This document shows positions 26,741 to 41,007 of a stretch of 64,000 bases of DNA, one piece after another. The first letter of the stretch is position 1; the number at the start of each line of letters is the position of its first letter. The DNA is taken from positions 51,462,001 through 51,526,000 of the forward strand of contig NC_045707.1 in the NCBI RefSeq assembly GCF_009834535.1, in the 5' to 3' direction. This DNA is from Camelus ferus (lineage: Eukaryota). Under the pieces are notes generated by a model. That model was given only the letters and a program-made list of their open reading frames with translations. It searched no databases and had not been told where the DNA came from. The translations under genes were made by a program, and so were the position numbers.

Positions 26741-28582
26741 ATGAATAAATTGTGGGGTATACATAAGTTTGAATACAATATAATAAGAATTAATAGTGAT
26801 TTAGATTTTTAAAGTGCAAATAGGATAGTTCTTAAAATATACTTTTGCATTACAGATAAAATTGTATTTATGGCAAAATATATTTAAAATATTTCATATT
26901 CAAATAAAATAAGAGAGAGGCTTTGCACAGAGTGATGCAGATAGTGTGTCATGAATCATACCTGAGGTCCAAATTCAATATACATATATAACAGATATAG
27001 CAAAATATTAACCATTATTAATGCTGGGTCTTGAGGCTTGATATTTGTAATATTATTTTTGTAACTTAATGTGTTTTTAAAGTATAAAAATTTACCTTTA
27101 CTTTTTGTCATTCTAAAATCACATAGGCATTTAAATTTTCTTCTCTTTATCTCATACCTTCATACATTCATTGCTTAAATTTTTAAACTCATAATATTAT
27201 AGTTCATTAGATTATTTTCCTGCCCTTAATATTCATCTAAAGGTGCCTGATAGCTCAGTTTCTGGCAGTATCACTTCTGCAGAAAATGTTTTTTAAGTTG
27301 AACTAAATTGAGTTAATTATGTATCATGATGTTCCTCTGATATATGTCAAATTAATAGCAATTTTTTAGATTCAAAGGAAAAAGTAATTTCTCATAAATA
27401 TGAATCTAGTAAATTTTATTTTAAAGTTTATATTCATTCTCTTCTACCATACAATGGTTTGTCTGTTCAGGCTGTACGTATATACCTGATGATCTTCTCA
27501 ACCGTCTAACATCAACTCTCTTCCAGCTGTCAACATAGTGAAATCTAGAGGTGACTTGTTCACCGTTTTACATTCAGAATCCAAAGACTGCTTGCCACAC
27601 AGAAAGCACTGAATGCATATTTGTTGAATACATAAATGAATTATAATAGTTAATGGCAAAAATAACCAAGAGTAATAGAGCGGTTTATAGTATAGAAAGT
27701 TTTCAGTCATGTTGGTTATCACTATAAAATTGCAAAGTGATTGTTACTACTGCCATTTTGCATCAAAGAAAACTGAGTGCCAGGAAGACTAAGTAATTTG
27801 CTTGAGGTCACTAGGTTAGTACTTCAAAGATCTATCATGTGATTTTATGTCTTCTGATAACCAAGAGATCCTTAGATAATTTAAATGTATTTCATTCCTA
27901 ATATAGAAATCCTCAAAGTAATAAATAATGCATTACTAGAGAAAATGTCACATAACCGTTTCCAACTTTATCTTCTGCCCTTTTGTCTGTCCCTGAAGGT
28001 CACGTTTTACTCTTCCTCATGCCTACTATTAGAAGAAGGGAGCAACAAAGGATTGCAAATTGATTAGTAATAAGATTGTGGAAAGTTCTGTGATCCTCCA
28101 TGACTGGTTAGACCCAAAGGGCTAATTTCAGCTTTGGAAAAAAAAATATATATACATATACTTAGAAACGTAATAAAACCTTAATTGGGTAGAGAGAAAT
28201 TATATTCAAATCAGAGAGAGATTAGAAAAAATAATTGAACTTTTTGAAAAGAAAATAGTTTTTTTAAGTTCTTAAGTATAATGCCAAGTCAGTTGAGTTT
28301 TTTTGTCATGACTATTAGAATAAAATCATAAAAGTAACATTTTTCCTGACATATTTGGAAGAAATAGTAAGTTCATAACATATACATGTTAATTATTAAT
28401 ATTCTTAATTGTTTTTACTATTTAAGCAATTGAGCACACTTAAATATTTAAATATAACACTTTAATGTTATAGTCATATGAAATATTATAAATACATGCA
28501 ATATGATAAACTGATTAAGAATAGACTTAAGGGAACTCCTTTCCTCTTGAAGAAATAGAGGCCTCATTAAATTGGCTTAATT

Positions 28583-29035
28583 CAGAGGTTTTTAATCTGA
28601 ATGCTGAATATCCCTAAAGAGTCGATGGGCAAAATTTAAATAATCTTAACAACTGAATGTAAAGAAAATTACGTCTTTATTTTCACTAACCTCTACCTGA
28701 AATTAAGCTTTCCTTCAGTTGAGAATTTTGACAACCCCATAGTAGGATTAGCAGTACCAATCAGATATCTTCATATCTCATTGCAGTCATTAACAGATTA
28801 ATCTTGAAATATTACTACTTTAAAATTATGGTAGTTATTAGATCCATTGCAAGATATTAATATTTAATGCATTAATCAGAAGTATATACATTAATTTACT
28901 GTATTACAATTAAAATATTTTAGTAGCTCTTTCAGTATACTTTTTTATAATTTTATATATTTGGTACATTTACGTGATTATTCTGATTTGAATAAGTCTT
29001 TAAGCTTTACAGGCTATTAAAGAACTAAAACACTT
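28583..29035 (+). mobile_element. hAT-Charlie MITE (Charlie4a-like)
   Basis: cagaggtttttaatctg...aaaattacgtctttattttcactaacctcta...aaattatggtagttattagatcc. Confidence 0.7.
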
Positions 29036-30229
29036 TTTTCATGATATTTAACTCAGAAACACTAATATTTAACAGCTTAAAATAAATATATAGAAGAAAT
29101 AAAATATATATTTATTAAAGTAAAACTATATCTTTTATAAAAATATTATCATGGCTAACATTACAGTCTACATCTATCCTCACATGGTGGCTTTTAGGAC
29201 ATTTCAAAATATGATAGATAATAGTTGACCTGTGTGTGTTGTTTAGGAAAAATTGCTTGAGGTTTTTTTTTTTTTTTTTTTTGTCTTTGTTTATAAAGAG
29301 TTGGCTACTGGGATTGGATAAATGTTGGAAATTCCCAGTTGGTGGTGCTTTGGGCAAGAAGAAAGGCATATTTCATTTGTATTCCCCCAAAAGGATGGTA
29401 GTTCTAGAACTTTCCAACATTCATTGGGCAGGAAATAGAGACAGTTATTTGGTGGGAGCTGTCAGGACTATTTATGAGTTGGGGCCCAGAAATATATCCC
29501 AAACTCATTAAAACTTTTTCGAAGATCTCTGTGAAATGTGGTTTATTTGTCAGAAAAGGATGCAAGTAGATTGAAAAGACAGAAATTTCAGTGAAACTAG
29601 TTCTCCTTCTTTCTTCCAAGAAATAAGCTAGCCATTTTGTAAGGTCTCAATGAATTTCCCCTTTCTTAAAGTCTCCAACAGAGGATGAATGGGGCAACAT
29701 CACTGAAAGCCTCTTTTGGGATTTTCCTATTGATAATTCACTCTGAGTAGGAGCTCTGCATTCTTATTACATAACATTTCTTACCATGGCACAGATTTGC
29801 ACCTGCACTGTAACATAGCTCTATGTCTTCAGATAACCAATAGGAACCTGACTTCTCTTCCAGAGAGTGCCTTAGTGTTTTAATGTATATGAGAAATACC
29901 GGGGAGAAAATTTACATCTAGCAGCAGTGAATGCTTCTTCATACTAAACGAGATACATATTTTCCTCTGCTTTTTTTTGCCAGTATGATCAACATTTATT
30001 CAGGGAAAAACAGCTACCAGTTGTCACAAGGAATAAAGTAACACACACACACACACATCTCACACAAACAAACCCCATTTTCAAAGCTTACCATGTGGAG
30101 CATGATGTTAGTCCCTGGAGGTACAGACTGACAGGGTAATACTACTGCCCTCTAAGGAACTAATTTTGATTACTTTGTAATAGATGCTATAATACTGTTC
30201 TGCCCCCAGCCCTGCCTTAAAATTTTTAT

Positions 30230-30915
30230 CTTTTAAGTCTGCACTAATCTACAGGCTCGCCCTTTATCCCTTTCTGTGATATACTGTTTGCCTGTTGCTG
30301 ATTTCATATTAATGGTGCAGTTCAAGATGTTATACAACCTGAGCTGTTTAACCTGTAGACTTCGCCATCGTCTAAATGTTGCTGATTGTAAACTCATTGT
30401 GCAGTTCAAGATGTAGTTCTTTCCACTATTTTTTCCCTCTGTATAAGCAGGTGAATTCAAAGGCTTGTTCAGACCTAGGTTCCATCCCTGGACAAGACTA
30501 CAGGTAGTGGTGTGTTCTTTCATCAGGGGGAATATTATGTCCCCTTGGCCCTATTTTTGTGACATTTGTAGCTGTAGATGGTCAGTGTTTAGATCCACTC
30601 ATTCATTGAGGCTTCAGAGTGATAGTATTCTGCTTTAATGATTAAAAATATATCAGCTAGATATACTTCTATAAAGTGATACTTCCTTTAAATTGTTATT
30701 TGGTTTGCCAGTGATACAGCTCATATAAAAAAGGTAGGACATTCATGCCTGTTTTTTCCTCTTTATTTTCAATTGTCAGGACTGATGAATGAGTTTTCTA
30801 ATTATTCTCCAAAATAAAAACTCATTAATTTAAAAGTTTTTGATGAATTACAATCCATTACAATGATTTTCCTTATTGATGATCAAATTTTCCCTTCTTT
30901 GACCAATGGGTGGCT
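30230..30915 (-). mobile_element. L1MC-type 3' UTR fragment
   Basis: ttcagacctaggttccatccctggacaagactac...ttattgatgatcaaattttcccttctttgaccaatggg. Confidence 0.6.
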
Positions 30916-30919
30916 TTTA

Positions 30920-31018
30920 ATTTTAGACTCCAAGACTGTGGGAAATAAATTTTTGTTGTTTAAGCCACTCAGTCTACCATACATATTTTGTTTTGGCAGT
31001 CTGAGCTGACTAAGACAT
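30920..31018 (+). mobile_element. MLT1 LTR 3' end fragment
   Basis: actgtgggaaataaatttttgttgtttaagccactcagtcta...gctgactaagaca. Confidence 0.75.
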
Positions 31019-33863
31019 CTTGAAACCAAAATTAACCTTCAGCTCAGTTCTTTATTGACCTCCAGTTCTGTTTTTCCATTTCCATGAGAATGCCATCTCC
31101 TTATTACCTTACTTAAATCTTTACAGTAACCCTCCCTCTTACTTGTGTTTTTTGGAGAAAAACTGATTTTTTTCAAAGTAAAACAAAACAATTTCAAGGC
31201 ATGATATTAAATTCTAGTTAAATTGTTACAATCTAGATCTTTGCAGGTATGTTAGATATAATGTAGAGACTCAATTTGTAAAATGACAATCAAAACCTTA
31301 AACAAAACAGTTTATAATAACTTCCTTTTACATTTGACACAGTTTCCTTATTTCTAATTACCTGGGCTCTTGTTTCAAATTTTTAGTGCTGTATGCTCGA
31401 GCAGATAAAACCTTAGTGATACTGAAATTGTTTTACCAATTTGCACAATAAAATAATTACATTCTGGCTTAACTTGTTAAAAAAAAAAGAGGATCCAGGT
31501 GGCTATAAATTTTTTACATTTATAAACATATCAGGATTAAAACTGGCAGCTTGGTGAACTGTTCACAGATGTTTGGCACAAATGATAGGAGTTTACTTAC
31601 CAGAATGAGGTGCAAAGTACAAAACCAGGGGCAGCACAGCCTGGCACATTTCCTGGTATAACAGAGTAGGTCAAAGTGATGAAAATGCCCTGAGAGTCAT
31701 GATGTTTTATAAAATCATGTTTCTCAGGAACTTTAAATTTTTTCTTAGCTCCAGTTTAAAAAAAATGTCAAGCAAATAGTATTTTTTAAACAAAATGTGC
31801 AAATGATAAAAATACCAGAATTTTCATGTGATAGCAAAGCCCGTCCTTCTTTGTTAGTGCACTATAAAACTTGCAAGTACCTACATGATTATAATTATAA
31901 GGTATTGGTAACAGTTTTCATCTTTGAAACTTTTAAGTCCTTCCGTGTGAGACATTTGATTAATCAGAGTTATTCAGGCTCTCCTTTATCAGGTCCTGCC
32001 AGGTTGATGCTGCCTCCTATCTTCTCTAAACCACACTGGTCCTCCCTAGCCCCTCTCAGATTTGTCTTATAATAGTTAATGTTAGAGATCATCTCATCTC
32101 TCCATTTCCAGGCAGCACCCAAACCAGTATCCATGTTGATTCCTATCTAGAACCTCCAGCAGCTCTTAGCATAGAGTCCAGCTCGCAGTGGGCACTGTGT
32201 GTAGTAGCACACTGTCTGATGAATGTAATTTTCTTCTAGGTAAATTCTCTACCCACTTTGATAATAAGAATCTTGAGTATGTTCATTAAATGGTATACAG
32301 TCAGCCCAGACAATCTGTCTATAAAATGGTTGTTTTATGTCTCTTAAGTTTAAGGTAAGTTGTTATACACCCCTAACAACTGGAACAGAAGATATTGTTG
32401 TGAGGAAGCAAAATTATTAAATTCCTTATTAATTAAATGCTTAATTGAAATATCTTATAATTTGTACATTTAAAGGAAATTTTAACCATTTCAGAGATAC
32501 GTATAATTGAAAGTCTACTTTCCCTAAAAATAAATTAAAATTCATTTCTTGTTGAGAGTGATACAAAGATTCTTAAAACAAATTACATAATTATATACAT
32601 CAACAATAGCTGCAAGACCTCACAGTGATTAGAATGTCAGTGGACTATTAACTTCACTGCTAATGCCATTGATTAAAGTGAAGTAATGGGATAGGCTACT
32701 ACTGAAGAAGTTGATGTATAAAATATTGGAAGGTAACACTTGGTGTTTCACACCTATCTCTCTCTCTATCTACATATATAGATATATATTTGTGTGTATG
32801 TGTATATGTATATATACATATATATGTAAGTTGAGATATATTATCCCTACTTGCTTAATTGCTTGTGGCTGTATATGACTTAAGGTTACTTGGCAAAATG
32901 GGGATCTCATTACAATGAAGGAATTCAAGAGATCTGGAGAAAGTCCAGGTCCCATAAAATATAATATGAAAATTCTTAAGCTTTGAACTGATGTTAAATG
33001 ACATAAACACCCTAGAATTTATGCATTCTCACAAGAGTACCACTATAACATAATTCATCTTGACACATCATCAGCCAGTCAAATTAAATGCATCAAACAC
33101 AAGGAGTTACAAGAAAAGCAATGTACAACATAGTCCATATTGTAGTGGGCATTTATCCTATCGTTTAATGTGAAGGCGATCTTTGTACTATATAAGAACC
33201 ACCGTGGTTGCTTTTTCTCTGAATTCTGTACTTTTTAAAATTGACTTCAAAATATCTGTTCTTTTTATATAAAAATTTACCAATCTGTTATAAAACCATA
33301 TGAAAAGTAGATGACACTTATTTCATAGATTAACCTAAAGTCAAATGTGTTTTAATAAAGTATTTATTAATTTTAAAGTATTTATAAATAAAATAAAGTA
33401 TATCATATATTGAAACTTCATTAACATATTTTAAAGATTGTTAAATAATGTTGGAAAAGCAACAAGATTGGTGCAAATTACTGTTAAAAATGTTGGTACA
33501 AGTAAAAATTAATATTCTTTATTGCTCTTTTAAAATTTATGTAGTAGGATGAATTTGTATTTCTCTTTCAAAAAAAGAAAAAATCAGTCTTTTAGATTTT
33601 CCAGTTATTTCTTAAAGTCAGAAATTTATTTTTATGAAATATAACAAACGTTTGTGGTATTTTTCTAATTACTATTTTATAGGTAGGTAAATTTTGGCAC
33701 TAACATTACTAATATTTTGATATCTTTGAGAATATAATATGACAGGGTAAGTTATATACAGTTCTTTATGTTAATTCAGTGATTTAATATAATTGCATCA
33801 AGTTAAGTTGTGCAAATCTTAAAAGTCATCTAAAGTTGCCCTATTCTTTCACACAGAAATGCA

Positions 33864-33865
<2 letters not shown>

Positions 33866-33901
<36 letters not shown>
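33866..33901. repeat. (CA)n microsatellite
   Basis: Pure CA run. Confidence 0.95.
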
Positions 33902-33905
<4 letters not shown>

Positions 33906-36883
33906 AACTGTAGCATCCTAAACCACATCCTTGTTCAGTGACCTTCCCCAGGTTTTAGTGAATTCTCTGAGGCTTACAATTTCATGGCACATTTGGCTTC
34001 CAAGTTTCTGATGCTGCTGAAGATCCCCTGTGTCCCATCTCCTGAGGCTGTTACTATCTCTGTTCTCTTCCCTAACCTGAAACTCAGCTGTCTTTCCTTT
34101 GTGTACACAAATGCAACATAAAACAAATACCTTCAGAAGACGTTTGTATTTTGTTATGGTCTTAACCTAACATTTCAGATTAATGAAGGTATTTACTTCA
34201 CAGCAATGCTAACTTGTTAGAATTAAAAACAGACATTGCCATCCTTAAACACCATTTGGTTAATTCAGCATGAATTATGAGTCACTTACCTATATGCTCT
34301 AGTCTGGTGCCTGTCAGCCTGGTCTTTCTCTTCTCTCATCCCTCCCATCTTTTCTTTTCTCTATATTCTCCAGTTTCCCCCAACTCCTAAGTTCTTAGTT
34401 ATTTTTATGCCATAAAAATAGGCGTCTGATGCCAAACAATTCACTTCTTCTTTTAAACATAAGACCTAAATGCAGAAACCACCCATACATTCATTAATGA
34501 CAATGGCAGAAGCTTCCAAATTATCTCTTTTCAAGAGCATATTAGAGAAGATCAGTTTTTATGGGCAGAACATAGGCAATAGAAGGGTTTTATTGTCCCA
34601 TGTACTGTCAACCCTGATACAACAGGGGTCGAGGGCAGTATATACACTTCATTTATAAATTTATTCAGCAAACAATTAATGAACTAATACTTATTCTGTC
34701 ACAAAGATAGGAAATTGAATACCAGGAATGCAAAATCCAATTGGATATAGCTTCGTAGCCAAGGAATTCAGGAATTCCTATGAGAAAAAAGAGAGTAAAG
34801 AGGTAATTACAATTAACATGGTGAGGTGGGATAAATTCAGAGCAACACACAACAGAAAGAGAGACAGAAGGTGGTATGGGGTGTTGGACAGAACATACCT
34901 ATACAAGATGCAGTGAGATGAGGTGACAGTAGAGTAGGGGGAGGGTATCTTTAGGGAGACTACCCAGAAAAAAAGGTAAATCTGGATGATACCTCAAGAA
35001 TGAGCTGGAATCATTAAAGTGAAGGAAAGGTATTTAGAGGATTTCCAGAATAGAATGCAAAATGAATAGATTTGTGGAGGAAATGCTTGAGTGTAGGGTA
35101 TATAAAGGAAGAGTTGGTTAGAGAAGGGGATAAAGGTGTGGGTGAGAGGCTATCATAAAAATTGTGTTGCCATATGTAAGGATTTTATTTTATAGTAAAG
35201 TTAAGAAAAATTATTGATGATTTGGAAGCAAGAGAATGAACAGCTCTTTTCCTCAAATATTTACCTTTATTGGAACTTAATGAAGAATATTTAGGGGAAA
35301 ACTATAAATGGAATACATACTATTTTTGATTCAACTATGCTTAAAAATATAAATACTACTTTGAGAAGGAAATTTTTTCTAGTATAAAAATCTAGCTTTT
35401 ATGGCCAAACATGACTGATGCAATAATTTCGTTTAGAAATCCAGTTTGAAATAACTCAGGTCTCTGAATAAGCCAGGTGTCCTTTGTGAGGCTTCCTTTA
35501 GCTCTTTCTAGAGTGAGTTTTTAAATGGAAAGTGACCTTGAGCTATGAAAACTCAAAACTTCAAAAAAATCTACAAAGCCAACATTTGCATAAGCAGTAA
35601 AAAAACTATGCCCTAATTTTTCACATTCTTCCAAAATTTTTCTTATTTCACAAAAATGCTTACTTCACTCAAATTACGATTTTCCACATTCTATGATAAA
35701 GTCCTTTGAAACTATTTTATTTGGAACAAATCACCCATACATTCTTTTATGTGATTTTTTTTAAGCTTTAGGATTAGAATTGGTAGAACCAATGCATAAA
35801 TAACTTGAAGATAGTCTTCATTTTCCATTCAAGTGATGATATGTTTGTAGAGAGACTGAAACCGTAGATTGATCAAACTATAGCTAACAAATCATAGGTG
35901 CCAAGAGGCAAGTATATGCCAATGAAAGAAGTTAGTTTTATTTCAGAAATCTTTTCTCGAGCCTCCCAGTGCTTAGCCTCTCTTTGCAGCCTAGCACCTG
36001 TTAAAATGATGTGCCAAAGTGTAAAGTATTGGAGCACACAAAAATGCCTTTCATAGCCAAGACCTTGTGTCGTATTGCAACAGCTGGCTGTAGAACAAGT
36101 GATCTAAAAGTCATTTGGAGTCTTGAAATCTGCTTTTATAGGGAAAATATGCGAAGTCAGACAATGAACTGAATAAATGCTCTCTCATCAGACCAAATTT
36201 CATGTTGGGACTGAATGAGATAGATTTATTGCTGTTTCATTGAAACCGAGCAGATGAGATTTTGGGGAGAATGTTTTTTATCCATCCTTATAGCTAGGAT
36301 GAGTTTTATGCCATTCTTTTATCTGGGTTTTATTCCTATGGGAATAAACACACATTTTCCATATTTTGTATTTCTTAAGTGAAAGAAAAGAATGCATTGG
36401 GGGAAATGTTTTCTTAATAGATTTATTTGCCTGTTCTAGTTCTTTGCCTTTATGAGGCTCTTCGGACAAATTAGTGAGGTTAACTGACCTTACCAAGAAT
36501 TACAACGAATTATGGATTTTTGAAGCTAGAACCAACTTTTAAATCATCCTCTCCAGTGATGTTTAAGTTATCCCAGGATGGCAGCCATTGTAGGGAAGTA
36601 TGAGTGGGTAAGGGTGACCAAGGACACAGTAATTGTAACTCTGAACTCCCAATACCCCACTGAACAGGATAACTACCCTTGTGTCTGGTGTTTTTTTTTA
36701 ATTTGCTTTTCTGAGTGATCTGTCACAGGAATATTGTTTTAAAAAGAGATTATTGTTTCTAAAAACGATGTTTTAGGCTGTATATCATTCTAATTTGAAA
36801 GATATGAATAATAAGAATATCTGACATCAACTCCAGTGACATTCATTCCAAATCTTTGTACTTGACATATTTTTCTTACCACT

Positions 36884-37402
36884 TGTAATTGGTAAATTTT
36901 ATGTGTCAAGTTGACTGGGTCACAAGATGCTCATGTATTTGGTCAAATATTTTTCTGGGTGTGTCTGTGAGGGTGTTACTGGGTGAGATGAACATCTGAA
37001 TCAGCAGACTGAGTAAAGCAGAGTGCCCTCCCTAATCAGTAGAAGGTGACCCTCCTCCAATCAGTAGAAGGCCTGACAAGAACAAAAAGACTGAGTAAAG
37101 GGGAACTCCTCCTACCTGAGTGTCTTGAGCTGGGACATCAATGCTTTTCTGACTTCAGACTCCAATGTAACATCATCTCTTCTCAGTTCCCAAGCCTGTC
37201 AGTTTTCAGACTGGAACTACACCATTGACATTCCTGGGTCTCTGGTTTGCCAACTGGAGGTCCTGGGATTTTTCAGCCTCAATAATCACATGAGCCAATT
37301 CTTACCAAAAAAAAAAAAAAACTTCTTCTTATAAATCTACACACATACATACACACACACACCCTGTTGTTTCTGTTTCTGTGGAGAACCGTGACCAACA
37401 CA
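36884..37402 (+). mobile_element. ERVL solo LTR, MLT2 family
   Basis: TG...CA ends; aaattttatgtgtcaagttgactggg, gactgagtaaagcaga, ttctgtttctgtggagaaccgtgac; 5-bp TSD ccact/ccatt. Confidence 0.9.
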
Positions 37403-37804
37403 CCATTATTTAAGAAACCTATATTCCTGACTTTCTCTTATAGGTGACTTTTCCTCATTTTAATGTTACCTGTGCAGCTTCTGACTCATTATTTATGTTT
37501 AACACAATCTAAAAAAAGAAAAAGTTCTCTCTAAAGTCTCTCTCTTATTATTATGTGGTGATGTCTGTGAAATAAGTATTATTGAATTAACTTGGGTTAT
37601 ATACCCACCAACTATTGTTACTAGTCTACAAGCAGATAATAGCTTGTTCCAGGAGAACATCACCCAAATCACTGAGCATACTCTATAGATCAATTGTCTT
37701 TTTTTTTTTCAAAGAAAGAATTTTTTGATGTTGTTGATTATCTTCTTGAGCAATCTTCTTGGGTTTTTTTTTGTCTATGTTACATCCATATCGATAGTTT
37801 AGAC

Positions 37805-37811
37805 CTATCTC

Positions 37812-37849
<38 letters not shown>

Positions 37850-37884
37850 GTCTATCTACCTACCTACCTACCTACCTATCTATC
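37805..37884. repeat. Compound (TCTA)n(CCTA)n microsatellite
   Basis: Direct reading. Confidence 0.95.
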
Positions 37885-38019
37885 AGTCCTGGTGGGAGAA
37901 GAAAAGGCAGCCCCAAAAGAAAGTGAGATATACTGAATCAGAAGAGAAAAGCTATTCAGAACAGGCACCACCTCTCAAATAAACTACATATATATCCAGC
38001 AAACATAAATAAAATCAAA

Positions 38020-38500
38020 TATCCATGAAAAGACATGGAGGAAACTTAGATGCATACTACTAAGTGAAAGAGGCCAATCTGAAAAGACTAAATGCCGTAT
38101 GATTCCAACTACATAACATTCTGGAAAAAACAAAACCATGGAGATGGCAAAAATAACTGTTGTTGCCAGGGGTTGAGCTGAGAGTTGTGGGGTGTTGAGT
38201 AGTTGGAGCACAGAAGAATTCTAAGGCAATGAAAATACTCTGTATGGTACTATAATTGTAGATATATGCCATGATATATTTGTGAAAACCCATAGAATAT
38301 ACATAACCAAGAGTAAAGTATGAACCTTGGGTAATTATTATGTGTCAATGTTAAGTTTATCAACCATAACAAATGTACTACTCTGGTGGAGGATGTTGAT
38401 AGTGGGGGAGCTATGCCTGTGTAGGGGCAGGGTTATATGGGAAATCTCTGTACCTTCCCTTCAATTTTGCTGTGAATCAAAACAGCTCTAAAAAAGTCTT
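38020..38500 (+). mobile_element. L1MC1-like 3' UTR
   Basis: catgaaaagacatggaggaaactt...ctaagtgaaagaggccaatctgaaaag...ggaaatctctgtaccttccc...aattttgctgtgaa. Confidence 0.85.
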
Positions 38501-38559
38501 AATTCAGAACCTCTGTGGTAGCTGTAGAAATCCAGAGATCGTCATTGTTGGCTTTTGGT

Positions 38560-39420
38560 GTATTTCATTCTCATTTTGTTTGTCTTGGGTTTCTTTCTGC
38601 ATAGTTAATAACATACTATTTTATGTTATTTTGTAAAGTGTTTTATTATTTAAAACCAGCTACATAATAATCCATTATATTATTGCATTATAATTTACTG
38701 AAATAATCTCCTGTCCTTAAATATTAAAGTAGTTTCTAAATTATATTTTTAGAAATAATGTTTCAATAAATAAATTTGTGTATGCCTATTTTTTTCCTTA
38801 TTTGATTTTACTGTCTAGTATAGATGCCAAGAAGATGGATTACTTGGTTAAAGACTATAAATATTTATAGAACTCTTGATTTCTAAATTGTTAGCCAGGT
38901 AGGTTATATAAATTCTAGGTGACATTTCGCATTATACTTACAAAGTCCTTTTTTTCTCTCCTTCCTTTCTTTCTCTCTCTCTCTCCCTCCCTTTCTCTCT
39001 TCCCTTTTTAAAAAAACTAATTTATTAGATGAAATATGGGATCCTTTTTTTTTACTTGAAGATATTTAATTTGTTTAAACTGTTGAAATTGCATTACTGT
39101 GATCTTTTAGCCACAGTGTTTCTGTTTGTGAATTTGAGGTTCAGGTTCTTTGTTTTACCTTTGCAGTGTCCATCCTTTTTTTTGTTGTTGTTGTTTCCAT
39201 TGTAATGACTCTCTAAATGATGAGGATACTGACATTTGCCTTCCAGTAATCTAGCATGTTTTCCCCAAGTTTGTGATTTATCTTTTAACTTTGTTCTAGT
39301 GACAGAAGTTTGATATACTGGTGTTTTTATTTTTATTCAGTCAATTTTATCAATATTTTATTTCATATTTTCTGCTTTGGGGACTACTACATCATTTTCT
39401 TTTTCAGGTCTCTTGTTCCT
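38560..39420 (-). mobile_element. Decayed L1ME 3' region
   Basis: T-rich antisense L1 pattern, e.g. gtatagatgccaagaagatggattacttggttaaag and gttttccccaagtttgtgatttatcttttaacttt. Confidence 0.55.
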
Positions 39421-39915
39421 CCTGTCTTCACGGGAGCACATTTTTTTCTGAGAAGGGGAAAAGATGGGAGTGGAGATGGTGCAGCTTTTTGCAATAAATG
39501 CATTTACTTGTTGAAACAATACTACCAGTGTTGCAATGTGATACCACCAATTCCACTTGCCTTGTAGAATGCTGTTTTTCCATGGGTCAAAGTCCCAGAA
39601 TAAAAGATATCAACGTCCCAGAATAAAAGATAGAATGACCTGTACTCTTGTATGCATATTTTGGCCATCTTAAAAGCTGTATATAGAAGGACAGCTGCCC
39701 AGGTTTTTCTTTGTAACAGACCCTAGAATTCTAACCAGGAACAAAATATTGAAAAGGAGAAAGACATCTATTAGGAGCTCTCAGTTTCTCTTTTATATTG
39801 CAAGGAATGTGACATAACTGATACTCTAATTTCAGTTTCATAGATGTTACAATTGGTGGAATTTACTCCTGGGATCTGACAATTGTCTGGGTGTCTCTCA
39901 GTCTTACATTTGGAG

Positions 39916-39948
39916 TGTGTGTATGTGTGTGTGTGTGTGTGTGTGTGT
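39916..39948. repeat. (TG)n microsatellite
   Basis: Direct reading. Confidence 0.9.
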
Positions 39949-40490
39949 TTTCCTTTGAAATCTTCATCTGTATCTTAGTGGGAAATTAAAAGAGGCTGAT
40001 TTATAGATTATTAATCAGATATAATTTTAAATAGAAAGTTATTTTATTTCTCTTTATCTGACCAGCAGATGAGGTGTCTGGAAAATGTTTCTCTTTTCCT
40101 TGTTCCCTTGGTGCATGTAGAATCTTGGTCTCAATCTATAACTGGAGAGCACATGACTGAGAATGGGCTCTCTTTTCTTTTGCCCAGCAAGTCTCAGCTA
40201 GTGTAGCTCTGAAGGAACTATATAGACCTTTTCCTGTGCTACATGGCTTCTAACTCTTTAGATAATTTTGTGTGTGAACAACAGTGTATAAAACATCTTT
40301 GACCAAGAGTTGCTCAAGAAAGAACACAATCCTGCAAACATACTGTTCCTAGGATTCTTATGTCCTCCATCCTCTAATAAAGTGATTAAAAGAAGGTAGC
40401 CTCAAATCAAAAGATAAGAATAAATCACTTCTCATCTCCCGTGACCATGCTGCCTATTGGGAGCTATATTCTCTTGATAGGCAGATGGCG

Positions 40491-40525
<35 letters not shown>

Positions 40526-40529
<4 letters not shown>

Positions 40530-41007
40530 TAGAGCTTCACTGATTTACAATAGTTTTATGTCCCAATAAACTCATCATAAATTGAAAATATTGTGAGTTG
40601 AAAATGCATTTAGCACACCTAATCTGCTGAACATCAGAGCCTAGTCTAGCCCACCCTAAATGTGCTCAGGACACTGCCATTAGCCTGCAGTTGGACAAAA
40701 TTAACTACCAGAAAGCCTATTTTATAATAAAGAGTTGAATGTCTCATATAATTCATTAAATACCTTACTGAAGGTGAAAACCAGAATGTTGGTATGGGTA
40801 CAGAATGATTGTAAGTATATTGGTTGTTTACCCTCAAGATCACATGGCTGACTGCATCTCGCTGCTGCTGCCCAGAATCTGGAGAGAGCATTGCTTTATG
40901 CATTGCTAATATGGGGAAAGTATTGTTTCTGCTAAATGCATACTACTTTTGCACCATCGTAAAGTCAGAAAATCTTAAATCAAACCATCACAATTCAGGG
41001 ACCTCTC
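40526..41007 (+). mobile_element. MER47/Tigger5-family MITE
   Basis: gttgaaaatgcatttagcacacctaa...cattagcctgcagttggacaaaat...gcaccatcgtaaagtcagaaaatcttaaatcaaaccatc...gggacc. Confidence 0.85.
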
